Below are positions 19,585 to 28,335 of a stretch of 64,000 bases of DNA, piece by piece. This stretch comes from Escherichia phage a20: the sequence record OQ067374.1; one strand, given 5' to 3'. Position 1 is the first letter of the stretch. Each line of letters opens with the position of its first letter. The notes below the pieces were generated by a model. That model searched no databases and had not been told where the DNA came from. It saw only the letters and a list, made by a program, of their open reading frames with translations. A program made the position numbers and the translations under genes.

Positions 19585-19612
19585 AATATTTTCCTCTCGT
19601 TAAGATAGATTC

Positions 19613-19642
19613 ATTATACTCCAACCATCCTTGGTTGTAAAC
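19613..19642 (-). promoter_or_regulatory. T4-early-type promoter (GTTTAC-N18-TATAAT) with CAACCA/TGGTTG palindrome in spacer
   Basis: Minus-strand GTTTACaaccaaggatggttggagTATAAT, then SD GAGAGGAAA and ATG 19584. Confidence 0.45.
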
Positions 19643-19646
19643 TATT

Positions 19647-20606
19647 TTATGATTTTAACGCATTCATTGCGTTAAAAAGTTTAGAATACTGCAACTGGAG
19701 ATTCGTTACAACACTTTGAGCATCACGAAGCTTAGCTTGTGCTTTGTCAAGTTCAACAGACAGTTGGTCCATAGTGGCCTTGATTTGATTGTAACGGTAA
19801 TCTTCGGCCGGAAGAAGGTCATTAGAAACATTTAGTTTTACTGCAGACAGTTTGCACACATTTGGCAAACCTTTAAACATTGATTTACCCGAAGTAGAAT
19901 AAGCACTTAGGACTTCGGCCTGTTCAATTGGGGTCCCAGTAAGCGATGCTTCAAACAATGCATTTTCCTTTTTAAGATTTTGATAATATTCGGAGTCTTT
20001 GTGCCACCATGGCGCAGGAACCTTTTTACCAATAGATACACGAGCCTGGATAGCGATATGGCCCTTATTCTTGATAGGGTCGATAATATTAAGCTCACGA
20101 GAATAAATTGCTTTAATCTGGTGGATATTATCACCTAAAACTTCCAACGCTTGGTGGAATACACGAGCAACGTTATCATTCTTAGGTTTATACGTAAGAG
20201 TGAACTCGTTCTCACTGATAACCATGATTTCTAACTTATCGTAAGTATATTTCAAATGTTTCATGTTAATTGCTTGAGGACGAATACGAGAAGCAATGGC
20301 CATCAGATTGTTAAGGTTATTCCGGAACTGCTTAGCGAAATATTGTCCTTCACCACCAATACAAAAATTACGAAGTTTCTGTTTGGCTAATAAACGGCTG
20401 AACTCACCATTTTTAATGAACTCTTTAACGGGTGTGTTAGTAACGCATTCAAATTGAGTAAACTTACGAGAAGTAATCCCATAATATGAACAGATTTCCT
20501 CAATCTCTTCAGGAGTCTTTACAGGCATACGGATAGGATTAGGTCCTGGAGTATATGCGTTCGAGGTAAATTCTTTGATAAGTTCTCTACGTGTAATAAA
20601 AGCCAT
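19647..20606 (-). CDS. Hypothetical protein, paralog family member B with C-terminal coiled coil
   Basis: 319 aa; motif FRNNLNNL; near-identical upstream promoter element to member A. Confidence 0.7.
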   Translation of the reverse strand: MAFITRRELIKEFTSNAYTPGPNPIRMPVKTPEEIEEICSYYGITSRKFTQFECVTNTPVKEFIKNGEFSRLLAKQKLRNFCIGGEGQYFAKQFRNNLNNLMAIASRIRPQAINMKHLKYTYDKLEIMVISENEFTLTYKPKNDNVARVFHQALEVLGDNIHQIKAIYSRELNIIDPIKNKGHIAIQARVSIGKKVPAPWWHKDSEYYQNLKKENALFEASLTGTPIEQAEVLSAYSTSGKSMFKGLPNVCKLSAVKLNVSNDLLPAEDYRYNQIKATMDQLSVELDKAQAKLRDAQSVVTNLQLQYSKLFNAMNALKS

Positions 20607-20661
20607 TTTATATTCCTCATGTTGAAAAATTTATTATACTCCAACCATCCTTGGTTGTACA

Positions 20662-21657
20662 TCATTCCTTAAGAAGTTTTACTACTTGAATAAGATTAGC
20701 TCGTTCTGTTTTATTTTTACCGTTTAAGCCTGCTAATCGTGAGATTTCATCGTCAGTCTGTTGAATAGTTACATTAAGTTCGTTAATCAAAGCTTCAAAG
20801 TATTTGATTTGCTCAGCATGTTTTGATTCAAATTTCTGAACCGGAATAACGTCTTGATTCAGTTCATCAATAAGGTCTTTAAGAGCATCTTCTTGGTTGA
20901 TATCATATTCAACTTCTTTTATTTCTTCAACGAGCTCGTCTTTATATCTAACGTCTTTTAGTCCTGGAGCTGGTCCTAAAATCTCTTCTTTAAGAGTACA
21001 AACATATCCAATACGATATCCAGTGCCGTCTCGCTTGATATCAACTTCGTCGATAAATCCACAATGTTTAAGACCAGAGCCGATTAGGTTAAAATATCCT
21101 TGACGTCGTCCTTCAAACGTTACACGAACTACTAAGACGGTTTTGCCACTGACCTTTTGAAGCTCACATTTATAAAAGTCTGTTGAACCTGAATAACATG
21201 GATGAGTTTTAAAGTTCATCTGACGATCTAGACCCATTTGTAAGCGTGCTGATACGGCCATAAAACGTGTTTGGTTCTCGTTAAGATGAGCAACAATCCA
21301 TTTCAAAGGCATTTTACACTGTTCACGACCGAACAAATCAGTACGTCCTAGATTACGCAGGATGTTGTTAGAGTTAATCATCGACAGAACGTTAAGTTTA
21401 TTCAGCGCGCTGAAGATTCCATCAGCCATTGATTTTCCGTAACCTTTACACGCTTTAATAAGCGCTCGCGGCAGATTAGTATAGATTTCAGACGGCATAT
21501 GAAAATCAAATTTACTAGTCAGTAATTGATGAACTTGGATAGCAATTTGCTCATAATTAAGTGCTCTGCGATCATTATGGTCTTTAAACCACACTTTAAT
21601 CTGTGAAGCACATAAACCGTTAATTTCATGTTTTACCGCATCAGATGTAATGCTCAT
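20662..21657 (-). CDS. Hypothetical protein, paralog family member C with C-terminal coiled coil
   Basis: 331 aa; motif NNILRNLGRTD; same promoter element upstream. Confidence 0.7.
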   Translation of the reverse strand: MSITSDAVKHEINGLCASQIKVWFKDHNDRRALNYEQIAIQVHQLLTSKFDFHMPSEIYTNLPRALIKACKGYGKSMADGIFSALNKLNVLSMINSNNILRNLGRTDLFGREQCKMPLKWIVAHLNENQTRFMAVSARLQMGLDRQMNFKTHPCYSGSTDFYKCELQKVSGKTVLVVRVTFEGRRQGYFNLIGSGLKHCGFIDEVDIKRDGTGYRIGYVCTLKEEILGPAPGLKDVRYKDELVEEIKEVEYDINQEDALKDLIDELNQDVIPVQKFESKHAEQIKYFEALINELNVTIQQTDDEISRLAGLNGKNKTERANLIQVVKLLKE

Positions 21658-21719
21658 AACTATTTCCTCAGATTGAATTGGAACTCAAAACCATTATAAC
21701 CCGTCCTTGGGTAAAGCGT

Positions 21720-22247
21720 TTATGCGTGAACCGTCTTTAAACGTTCTTCAAATTTCCGAAGAGTACTAATACGTTCTGCTTTCTGTTTTGTATAGTTTGC
21801 AATACGTTCTGAAGTGAGAGCGTATCGTTCGTTTACTGTTTCTTTCATGAAGTCAGGGATTTCACGAGAAGCTTTAATTTCATCAAACTTATCGAGTACT
21901 GCCTGGTCTTCAGCGATTAAATTTTCGTACATCTCGATATCTTTCTTGATAAACTCGATATCTTCCTGGGTTACTTTGGATAAACGAGACGCTTTATCCT
22001 TTTTGTACTGCTCGTTAGTTTCACGAGACCAGAATAATGTACGTTTTTTGTTAGTGTTTTTGTAGACTTCCACAATTCCAACTGAATCGATGATAGCAAT
22101 CCAATTCCAGCGAGATTTGAAAATCTGACCTCCATCCACGGTAATCTCGTTACCATAAGCAACGTCATTAAAGAACTTGCTTTGTGCTTCAGATTTAAAT
22201 TTACCGTCGTTATAATTTACCAGGTTGAAAATATCTTTAGCGTTCAT
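21720..22247 (-). CDS. Hypothetical protein with C-terminal coiled coil
   Basis: 175-aa ORF, SD TGGAGGT. Confidence 0.65.
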   Translation of the reverse strand: MNAKDIFNLVNYNDGKFKSEAQSKFFNDVAYGNEITVDGGQIFKSRWNWIAIIDSVGIVEVYKNTNKKRTLFWSRETNEQYKKDKASRLSKVTQEDIEFIKKDIEMYENLIAEDQAVLDKFDEIKASREIPDFMKETVNERYALTSERIANYTKQKAERISTLRKFEERLKTVHA

Positions 22248-22274
22248 GTTTTACCTCCAGTAGTTGATAGGTCT

Positions 22275-22303
22275 ATAATAACATAACCATAGACCTTGTA
22301 AAC
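22275..22303 (-). promoter_or_regulatory. T4-early-type promoter (GTTTAC-N17-TATTAT with TG extension) inside GGTCTAT/ATAGACC inverted repeat
   Basis: Minus-strand GTTTACaaggtctatggttatgtTATTATagacctatcaactac. Confidence 0.4.
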
Positions 22304-22305
22304 AA

Positions 22306-22593
22306 CTAAAAGAAACTTTTTTCGGTATTTTTTCCACTGAACCAAACAGACTTCGGTATTTTTTGTAATTTTTCAGATTTAAGTTTCTCTTCCTGTTCTT
22401 TCTTATATGCATCCTTGTCGTACTGGAACAACTCTAGGGCATTCTTTTGTAGACGGTCTAAGGTAATTAAGGCTTTAGTTTTTCCTTTCAAGGAAGAGTC
22501 CTGGCGAACCTCCTCGCTATATTGCATCGTAGAACTAACCATACGATGAGCATACAGTTCGACTGCGGCTTTAATTTTTTGCATAAAATCCAT
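22306..22593 (-). CDS. Hypothetical protein
   Basis: 95-aa ORF with SD AAGAGGA. Confidence 0.55.
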   Translation of the reverse strand: MDFMQKIKAAVELYAHRMVSSTMQYSEEVRQDSSLKGKTKALITLDRLQKNALELFQYDKDAYKKEQEEKLKSEKLQKIPKSVWFSGKNTEKSFF

Positions 22594-22731
22594 AACATAT
22601 CCTCTTTGATTTGTACACCATTATTTTTAAATATTTCTATGCCCTCAGTAAGTTCCTGGTGTCCTTCTTTGAGGTAAGCCATATGATTATTCATCTTTAT
22701 GGCTTTTGTTACCTCAGAACTTCCTATAAGC

Positions 22732-23712
22732 TTATTTCAGTAAAGTTACTTCAGAGATTTCCTCCCAACCATCTTTATCAGTTGAAATAAAATCCGCTAC
22801 ATAAAGAGCCGTACGTAATGATACATTGCGAAGACGAGATACGTTAGCCTTCATCCAGGACAATGCTTTATACGTTTCTGCATCCGTCAGGCCACGTTTC
22901 TGCATCATGTCAGTAGATAATATTACATCTTCAACTCGAACCATAATCTCTTCATTAGAGTGTACTCCAAGGTCCAAATACACTGAACGAGATACTAAAG
23001 CTTGAAGGTGCGGAGCAAGTTTCGAACCGCGTTCTAACTCTTTATCGATATCAACGTTTGTAATGAAAACGATAGTACCTTCAAACTCAAATTCTTTATC
23101 AATACCCTTATCATCGAGATAAGATGACGCAGTGCTCCAACAAACTTTGCGTTTATCTCCGGTATCTAATGCTGCTTTAAGAAGGTTCAAGATGTCCATA
23201 TCTGAGAATACATCAACGTCGTCGATTAAGAGAACGCTGTATGCATCACGGTTGAGCCAAAGTTGTTCGTAAAGGCCAATACCAGAGATTTTACCATTAA
23301 TGCTTTTGTATTTGATGAAACCATTATCATTAGCATTATTAAGTGCTTTATCCAGAGAATACGTCTTACCAATACCAGCTGCACCTGAAATAATGAGTGA
23401 ACGAATTTTGCCATCGATAATGCCGTTCGTCATCATGTTCATTACTTTAAAGCGTTTGTTGATACGAGTTTTCATATCTTCAGTGCTTTCAACAACTGCA
23501 ACTGGTGATGTCTCAACTCCTTCCATTACGATGTCTGATTTGAAGACCCATACTCCACGTTCAGAACCATCAATCATAACGAAAATTTTACCATCACCTA
23601 AGTGGGAACATTCAGGATTAAGCTTTGCCGGGAACCAGGTCTTTGTGGCAACATAAGAACCAGAGATTTCGTTATTACGATAGATACCTTTTTTGATTTG
23701 AACGTTGAACAT
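22732..23712 (-). CDS. P-loop NTPase (AAA-like) of unknown function
   Basis: Walker A ISGAAGIGKTYS, Walker B VLLIDDVD, TIVFITN; start at ATG 23712 (MFNV) with SD GGAG. Confidence 0.65.
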   Translation of the reverse strand: MFNVQIKKGIYRNNEISGSYVATKTWFPAKLNPECSHLGDGKIFVMIDGSERGVWVFKSDIVMEGVETSPVAVVESTEDMKTRINKRFKVMNMMTNGIIDGKIRSLIISGAAGIGKTYSLDKALNNANDNGFIKYKSINGKISGIGLYEQLWLNRDAYSVLLIDDVDVFSDMDILNLLKAALDTGDKRKVCWSTASSYLDDKGIDKEFEFEGTIVFITNVDIDKELERGSKLAPHLQALVSRSVYLDLGVHSNEEIMVRVEDVILSTDMMQKRGLTDAETYKALSWMKANVSRLRNVSLRTALYVADFISTDKDGWEEISEVTLLK

Positions 23713-23829
23713 TTTATTCTCCAATTTACTCATTTCGTTTCGATAGGTCTATAATAACATATCCTAAAAGCATGTACACTACTTTTTTAAATATTTTAAC
23801 CCCCTAAAGGGACCCGAAGGTCCCCACAT

Positions 23830-24096
23830 TTACTTATCGCACTTAGCAACATAATTAGGCATATCACAGAATACAGAGCGAGTAACTACTCGGCCCTTTG
23901 ACCATGCTTCAGTTGCTTGTCCGGCCGTGCTATTAATATAGCTTGATTTAATGTTCTCAATACCCTGAGAATGTGATGCATTTACCGAACCGTTGGAAGG
24001 CCCAGAAGACTGGTTACCACCAGCTCCTGCACCTGTGGTAGCACCAACAGAGAATGCCATCATTACTGCGAATAAACCAATTACTAATTTTTTCAT
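23830..24096 (-). CDS. Small secreted protein (signal peptide)
   Basis: 88 aa, MKKLVIGLFAVMMAFSVGA signal, Gly/Ser/Asn-rich mature part. Confidence 0.6.
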   Translation of the reverse strand: MKKLVIGLFAVMMAFSVGATTGAGAGGNQSSGPSNGSVNASHSQGIENIKSSYINSTAGQATEAWSKGRVVTRSVFCDMPNYVAKCDK

Positions 24097-24127
24097 ATTT
24101 ACCTCAAGTTAAGGGTTATTTATCTAT

Positions 24128-25114
24128 TTATTTATAGTAAGAATTATGATTTTCGAGATAGACTTGCTCAAGGAAATCATCCCAGAAACTCATATCTACT
24201 TTTTGTTGCATACCGTTCTTAGCGGCTTGTTCCGATGCTTGTTCAACTTGGTCAACGATATCTTCTAGGAATTCTTGTACAGTTTTAAACGTATGTTTAC
24301 CAAGCTTAACATCGAGAATAAATGGAGCATCCTGAAGTGGGTAAACTAAGTCGCCGGTTTTGTAAATTTCCAATAGTTGAAGTCCACCACGACATGCATG
24401 ACTCAATGCTTTCCAGTCAATACCTTCGTTGGCTTCCGCCTTACGAGCACGTTCACCGTAGTTCTCTTCCAGTTTAACCAGGATGGCATTGAACTCTTTA
24501 TTGGTTAACGTATCTTGGAATTTACGGTCTAACAGATTATAGAATGTTTGCTTACCTGTTTTCTCGTTTTCGGTTTCAACCCACGAAGCAAATTCACCTA
24601 TAGGCAGAACATTCTTCATATGTGATAAACGAATTACTGCACCATTATCAAAGTATTGTCCCCATTCATTAGAACGTTTAAGGGCTTGACGAAGAACAGC
24701 CAGTCGAGAACCCTTGACACCGTATTTAGAAGCTTGCTTACGGACATACCCTAAATAAGATTTCATGTTAGTGGTATAGAAACGAGACCTGTTATCTTGA
24801 ATATACTTCCATACATCAGGCAAATCAGATTTAACTACTAGACTTTGTGGAGTGTGAAGCATATCTAATGCGACGGTTTCACCATCTGCAGCTAGTTTAA
24901 AGAAATATTTGAGACTATATAACTCATGGTCTACGTCGTCTTTTGTGTTCTTAGAAGATGTGTTATTCGTGTTCTTGCTCATGTGTTCTTTAACGTTACC
25001 GGTCAAGATATCACGAGCATGAGGGACATAAATTTCTTTAAAATCAACGTCAGATTCAGGGGTAGACGTTCCATAAAGGTGGCTACCAAAGTAAGCCTTA
25101 ACAATCGTTTTCAT
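24128..25114 (-). CDS. Pol-beta-superfamily nucleotidyltransferase-like protein
   Basis: N-terminal FGSHLYGTSTPESDVDF fits the hG[GS]...D.[DE] NTase motif; 328 aa. Confidence 0.6.
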   Translation of the reverse strand: MKTIVKAYFGSHLYGTSTPESDVDFKEIYVPHARDILTGNVKEHMSKNTNNTSSKNTKDDVDHELYSLKYFFKLAADGETVALDMLHTPQSLVVKSDLPDVWKYIQDNRSRFYTTNMKSYLGYVRKQASKYGVKGSRLAVLRQALKRSNEWGQYFDNGAVIRLSHMKNVLPIGEFASWVETENEKTGKQTFYNLLDRKFQDTLTNKEFNAILVKLEENYGERARKAEANEGIDWKALSHACRGGLQLLEIYKTGDLVYPLQDAPFILDVKLGKHTFKTVQEFLEDIVDQVEQASEQAAKNGMQQKVDMSFWDDFLEQVYLENHNSYYK

Positions 25115-25880
25115 TATTCACTTTCCTTTCATAATCTTCAATGAACTGTAATATTAAGCGTTGGTAATTTGATTTAGGATAACCCATTTTACTAATATGG
25201 GTTCCGAAAGCCCCACGCTTAGGTCGATTCAATTTAATCCAAAGTTCGTAAAGCATATCATAATCTTCCCAGTGTTTACCAGTTCGTTGTCTAGCTTTAG
25301 ACGCTTCAGACTGTCTCTTTTTAGTTTCTGGATTATCTAGGGCCTTTTTAACAGCTCTTGAATGCCGTTCTTTAACATCATCTCTCTTAAAGGCCTCTTT
25401 GATAGCAGTAGATATTTTTGCTTTAACTTCAGGTCTATTCTGTGCCTCTATTTGAGAATCTGACATTTTAGCCTTTATCTCAGGGAGGCTCATGGTCGCT
25501 GAACGCTTATCACGATATTCTTGTGATTCCCATATATCTTTCATTCTATTAGAGTGAATTTCTGAAAACTTTTCCCTTACGTCTTTATAGCCTCTTGAGG
25601 TTAATTTAAGATTTCGTCCTAAAGCATCTTCGCCTAAATTATAGAACGCCCAGTAAGCGTAAATCAATCCTTCAGAGTTTGGGTGAATTTTTGATAATAA
25701 CCAATGAGCGATAAAATGTTCCCTGGCAGTCAATAAAACTTTATTACTCGGGTCATCACTCCCTCCAATACATGAAGGGATTATGTGATGGGATTCAGTA
25801 TAATAATTCAACTCAGACTTATCACTGCCTCTAAGTTTTCCTCGTTGAATTATTGCATCATAACATTTGATATAATTCAT
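25098..25880 (-). CDS. HNH homing endonuclease (MobD-like by position)
   Basis: SHHIIPSCIGGSDDPSNKVLLTAREHFIAH HNH motif; paralog of ORF 5661-6377; Lys/Arg-rich C-terminus. Confidence 0.8.
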   Translation of the reverse strand: MNYIKCYDAIIQRGKLRGSDKSELNYYTESHHIIPSCIGGSDDPSNKVLLTAREHFIAHWLLSKIHPNSEGLIYAYWAFYNLGEDALGRNLKLTSRGYKDVREKFSEIHSNRMKDIWESQEYRDKRSATMSLPEIKAKMSDSQIEAQNRPEVKAKISTAIKEAFKRDDVKERHSRAVKKALDNPETKKRQSEASKARQRTGKHWEDYDMLYELWIKLNRPKRGAFGTHISKMGYPKSNYQRLILQFIEDYERKVNNENDC

Positions 25881-26353
25881 TTGCCTGGCTTGTATTCAAG
25901 AGTAGGACACACTTTAGCTTTACGAGCTTTTAAAAATTCAACGATAATCGATTTCTTACGTTCAATAGGCTCAAGTCCATTTTTAATTCGTTCTTGGTTT
26001 TGTGCAATGAGCTCAATTTCTTTATAATATTTTCTGTCGTTATATTTGTCTAACAACCAAGACGGACCAATTACCAACCCGGTAGCAATAAAAGCCATGA
26101 CTGCTACCATTAAAATGCCTACACCAATTGAAGCCAGAACTAATGTCCATAGACTGCTAAAAACAAAGAATTTAGTTAAAATTTCCTGGCCAATGATTGT
26201 GACTGCTGCTAAAATCGCAAATCCAATAATTGAAGCAGCCAATACCGGGAGAAACGTTTTCCAAAAATAAGCACACAACGTTTTCGGACGATTCCATGTA
26301 CTATTGAACGCGGCATAAATTTTAAAATGCCAAGAGTTTTCATTGATAATCAT
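25877..26353 (-). CDS. Hypothetical integral membrane protein
   Basis: 158 aa with 3-4 hydrophobic helices. Confidence 0.6.
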   Translation of the reverse strand: MIINENSWHFKIYAAFNSTWNRPKTLCAYFWKTFLPVLAASIIGFAILAAVTIIGQEILTKFFVFSSLWTLVLASIGVGILMVAVMAFIATGLVIGPSWLLDKYNDRKYYKEIELIAQNQERIKNGLEPIERKKSIIVEFLKARKAKVCPTLEYKPGK

Positions 26354-26362
26354 AATAATTCC

Positions 26363-26893
26363 TTATTTCAAAGTTGGGATAATAGAATCGAGATAAGCTT
26401 TAAGAGCAACTGCTTCATCTTTGTCTAATGTAATGATATGTTGACGAAGGTCATCAATTTGGCGAATAACTACGACATCACCGTCTTCATAAGAAGGATT
26501 AACTCCCAGGACTGTTGTATAGTCAGGGCGATCCTGATTTGTAATAAAAGCATTACGGCATTTAGCCCATTGAAGTTTGGCCTTTTTGGCTGTTTCAGAT
26601 TCCATGAATTCTTTCACCTTAGTGACAAATGTTTTCCAATTATTAATAGAAAAACATTCATCTTCGGTTTCGATATTAACCCCACTATAAAGTCCGTGAT
26701 AAAAACGAACTTGAAGGTCTTCGTCAATGTTAATTACAGATGCATGACCTGGTGGATTGAGTTTCAAAATCTTGTCTAGTTCCATAGGAAGAATAGTAAC
26801 AACATCATCTTCTTGCGTCAGAACGTACGCATAACCACGTTTTTCGATACATAAATCACCAAACAACTCAGTCGTTTCAATTACAGTTTTCAT
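26363..26893 (-). CDS. Hypothetical protein
   Basis: ATG 26893 (MKTVIETTELF) preferred over TTG 26905. Confidence 0.55.
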   Translation of the reverse strand: MKTVIETTELFGDLCIEKRGYAYVLTQEDDVVTILPMELDKILKLNPPGHASVINIDEDLQVRFYHGLYSGVNIETEDECFSINNWKTFVTKVKEFMESETAKKAKLQWAKCRNAFITNQDRPDYTTVLGVNPSYEDGDVVVIRQIDDLRQHIITLDKDEAVALKAYLDSIIPTLK

Positions 26894-27158
26894 ATTATTC
26901 ACCAATTAAAGTTTCAACAAAATTCACCAAATCATTCTGACGAGCATCAACCTGATTTCTATAAAAATTAAATAAGATCCATTTCACAGGTCATTTTACC
27001 ATACTCGCTTCAATAAGATTCATTACACCATTTACCATGTTATACGTAAACATCGGATAATTGTATTGTACTACAACATAAGCGATAAGCAAAAGTTTCA
27101 TTTTGTTCTCCATTTGTTTTGGTAGGACTACTATAACATAGTCCTACCAAGTTGTAAA

Positions 27159-27365
27159 CTACCGATTGTGTTTTAAATGTTGATAAAGTTCTTCAACTTG
27201 TTTAGGGTCCAAAACAATTAAGTCATTTTCTTGACGAAGATAAATCCATCCCTTATCCCCAGGGCCATTTTTACAAAACATCGCCACCATATCATCATCT
27301 TCAGCGCTTTCAGGTAAAAGTTCAAGTACACCGTCTTCAGATTTTCCAGTATAATCGTAAAGCAT
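27159..27365 (-). CDS. Hypothetical protein
   Basis: Start at ATG 27365 (MLYDYTGK) with SD GTGAGGAT, 8 nt after upstream stop. Confidence 0.5.
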   Translation of the reverse strand: MLYDYTGKSEDGVLELLPESAEDDDMVAMFCKNGPGDKGWIYLRQENDLIVLDPKQVEELYQHLKHNR

Positions 27366-27372
27366 AATATCC

Positions 27373-27552
27373 TCACATAATCTCGTTAACATACATTTGC
27401 AATTCGGTGTGGGCATCAGCCATCTTTTTCATAGCTCTGTTAATGTCGATGTCTCCATCTTCGCAACCATGAGCATTTTCCCAATCAGATACCGCATTAG
27501 CGTACTCTTCAATCAAAAACATTAACTTAGAAATTTTTTCTTTACGTGTCAT
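27373..27552 (-). CDS. Hypothetical small protein (59 aa)
   Basis: ATG 27552 (MTRKEKISKLMFLIEEY) with SD GAGGAGAA; ORF-track TTG start lies inside the duplication. Confidence 0.5.
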   Translation of the reverse strand: MTRKEKISKLMFLIEEYANAVSDWENAHGCEDGDIDINRAMKKMADAHTELQMYVNEIM

Positions 27553-27756
27553 AACGTTCTCCTCTAGTAAGTAAGGTTTACTATAACACAACCTGAGGAG
27601 AAGTAAACTGATAGATGCCAAAAAGCCCCTACTCTTCAATCAAAAACATTAACTTAGAAATTTTTTCTTTACGTGTCATAACGTTCTCCTCTAGTAAGTA
27701 AGGTTTACTATAACACAACCTGAGGAGAAGTAAACTGATAGATGCCAAAAAGCCCC
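27503..27756. repeat. Perfect 127-bp tandem duplication (2 copies) of promoter/SD/5' gene-end/terminator-stub cassette
   Basis: 27503-27629 and 27630-27756 identical base for base on my reading; no flanking microhomology. Confidence 0.9.
27580..27608 (-). promoter_or_regulatory. T4-early-type promoter (GTTTAC-N17-TATAGT); second copy at 27707-27735
   Basis: Minus-strand GTTTACttctcctcaggttgtgtTATAGT; upstream arm TTCTCCTC complementary to downstream SD GAGGAGAA. Confidence 0.45.
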
Positions 27757-27774
27757 AACCTTTCGGAAGGGGCT
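27745..27774 (-). terminator. Rho-independent terminator downstream of rI
   Basis: Minus-strand AGCCCCUUCCGAAAGGUUGGGGCU followed by UUUUU. Confidence 0.6.
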
Positions 27775-27780
27775 AGTAAA

Positions 27781-28083
27781 TTAGATAGATGTAGGCTCTA
27801 ATTTTATTTTCATGAACTCGGCAAATTGTCTGGCAGTTTTTATGCCTTGTTCGTGACATTCAAATGCATCATCACAGGGGCTATTTTTGTAATGCTTTGC
27901 CATATACTTATAGAATTTTTCAGAATTCTCGACATTTTGAATTTCAAACAAAGTATATACGTTTTTAATCCCTGATTCCATAAAGTTATCAAAATATGGG
28001 TCGATATATGCAGTACCAACGATAGGAGTTGTTGCTGCAAAAAACCCCAGCATCGCCATGACAGCTATCGCTCTTAAGGCCAT
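27781..28083 (-). CDS. rI: Lysis inhibition regulator RI-like membrane-anchored protein
   Basis: 100 aa, MALRAIAVMAMLGFFA anchor, DPYFDNFMESGIKNVYTLFE...YKNSPCDDAFEC resembles T4 RI; position upstream of tk. Confidence 0.7.
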   Translation of the reverse strand: MALRAIAVMAMLGFFAATTPIVGTAYIDPYFDNFMESGIKNVYTLFEIQNVENSEKFYKYMAKHYKNSPCDDAFECHEQGIKTARQFAEFMKIKLEPTSI

Positions 28084-28095
28084 ATAGGCCTCCTG

Positions 28096-28308
28096 TTAAT
28101 TTTGGCCAGTATTTATTTTTCGCCTTTGGACGGCCTTAACATCTGTGAGGTATTTTTCCAGCTTGCGCTTGCGTGTATAATCAGCTTTAGAACCAGTTTG
28201 ACGGATATCCTCGTTTAAATGAGAAATAGAATGTCCTAATTCTCTTCGGATTTCATCCAATTGGGTTACAGTAAGATTACGAAGTTGTCTTTCGTTTAAT
28301 TGCTGCAT
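28096..28308 (-). CDS. Hypothetical protein
   Basis: 70-aa ORF. Confidence 0.55.
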   Translation of the reverse strand: MQQLNERQLRNLTVTQLDEIRRELGHSISHLNEDIRQTGSKADYTRKRKLEKYLTDVKAVQRRKINTGQN

Positions 28309-28335
28309 ATATACCTCTTGGTTAGATATTAGTAT

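Noticed and set aside
27503-27756. Possible CRISPR array suggested by the direct repeats
   Set aside because: Only two 127-bp copies in perfect tandem with no spacers; the content is promoter/SD/coding sequence, so it is a tandem duplication. No short repeat-spacer periodicity seen elsewhere in the window.
27840-28040. 66-aa ORF within the rI-like gene region
   Set aside because: Alternative frame fully inside the RI-like ORF, which matches the remembered T4 RI sequence pattern.
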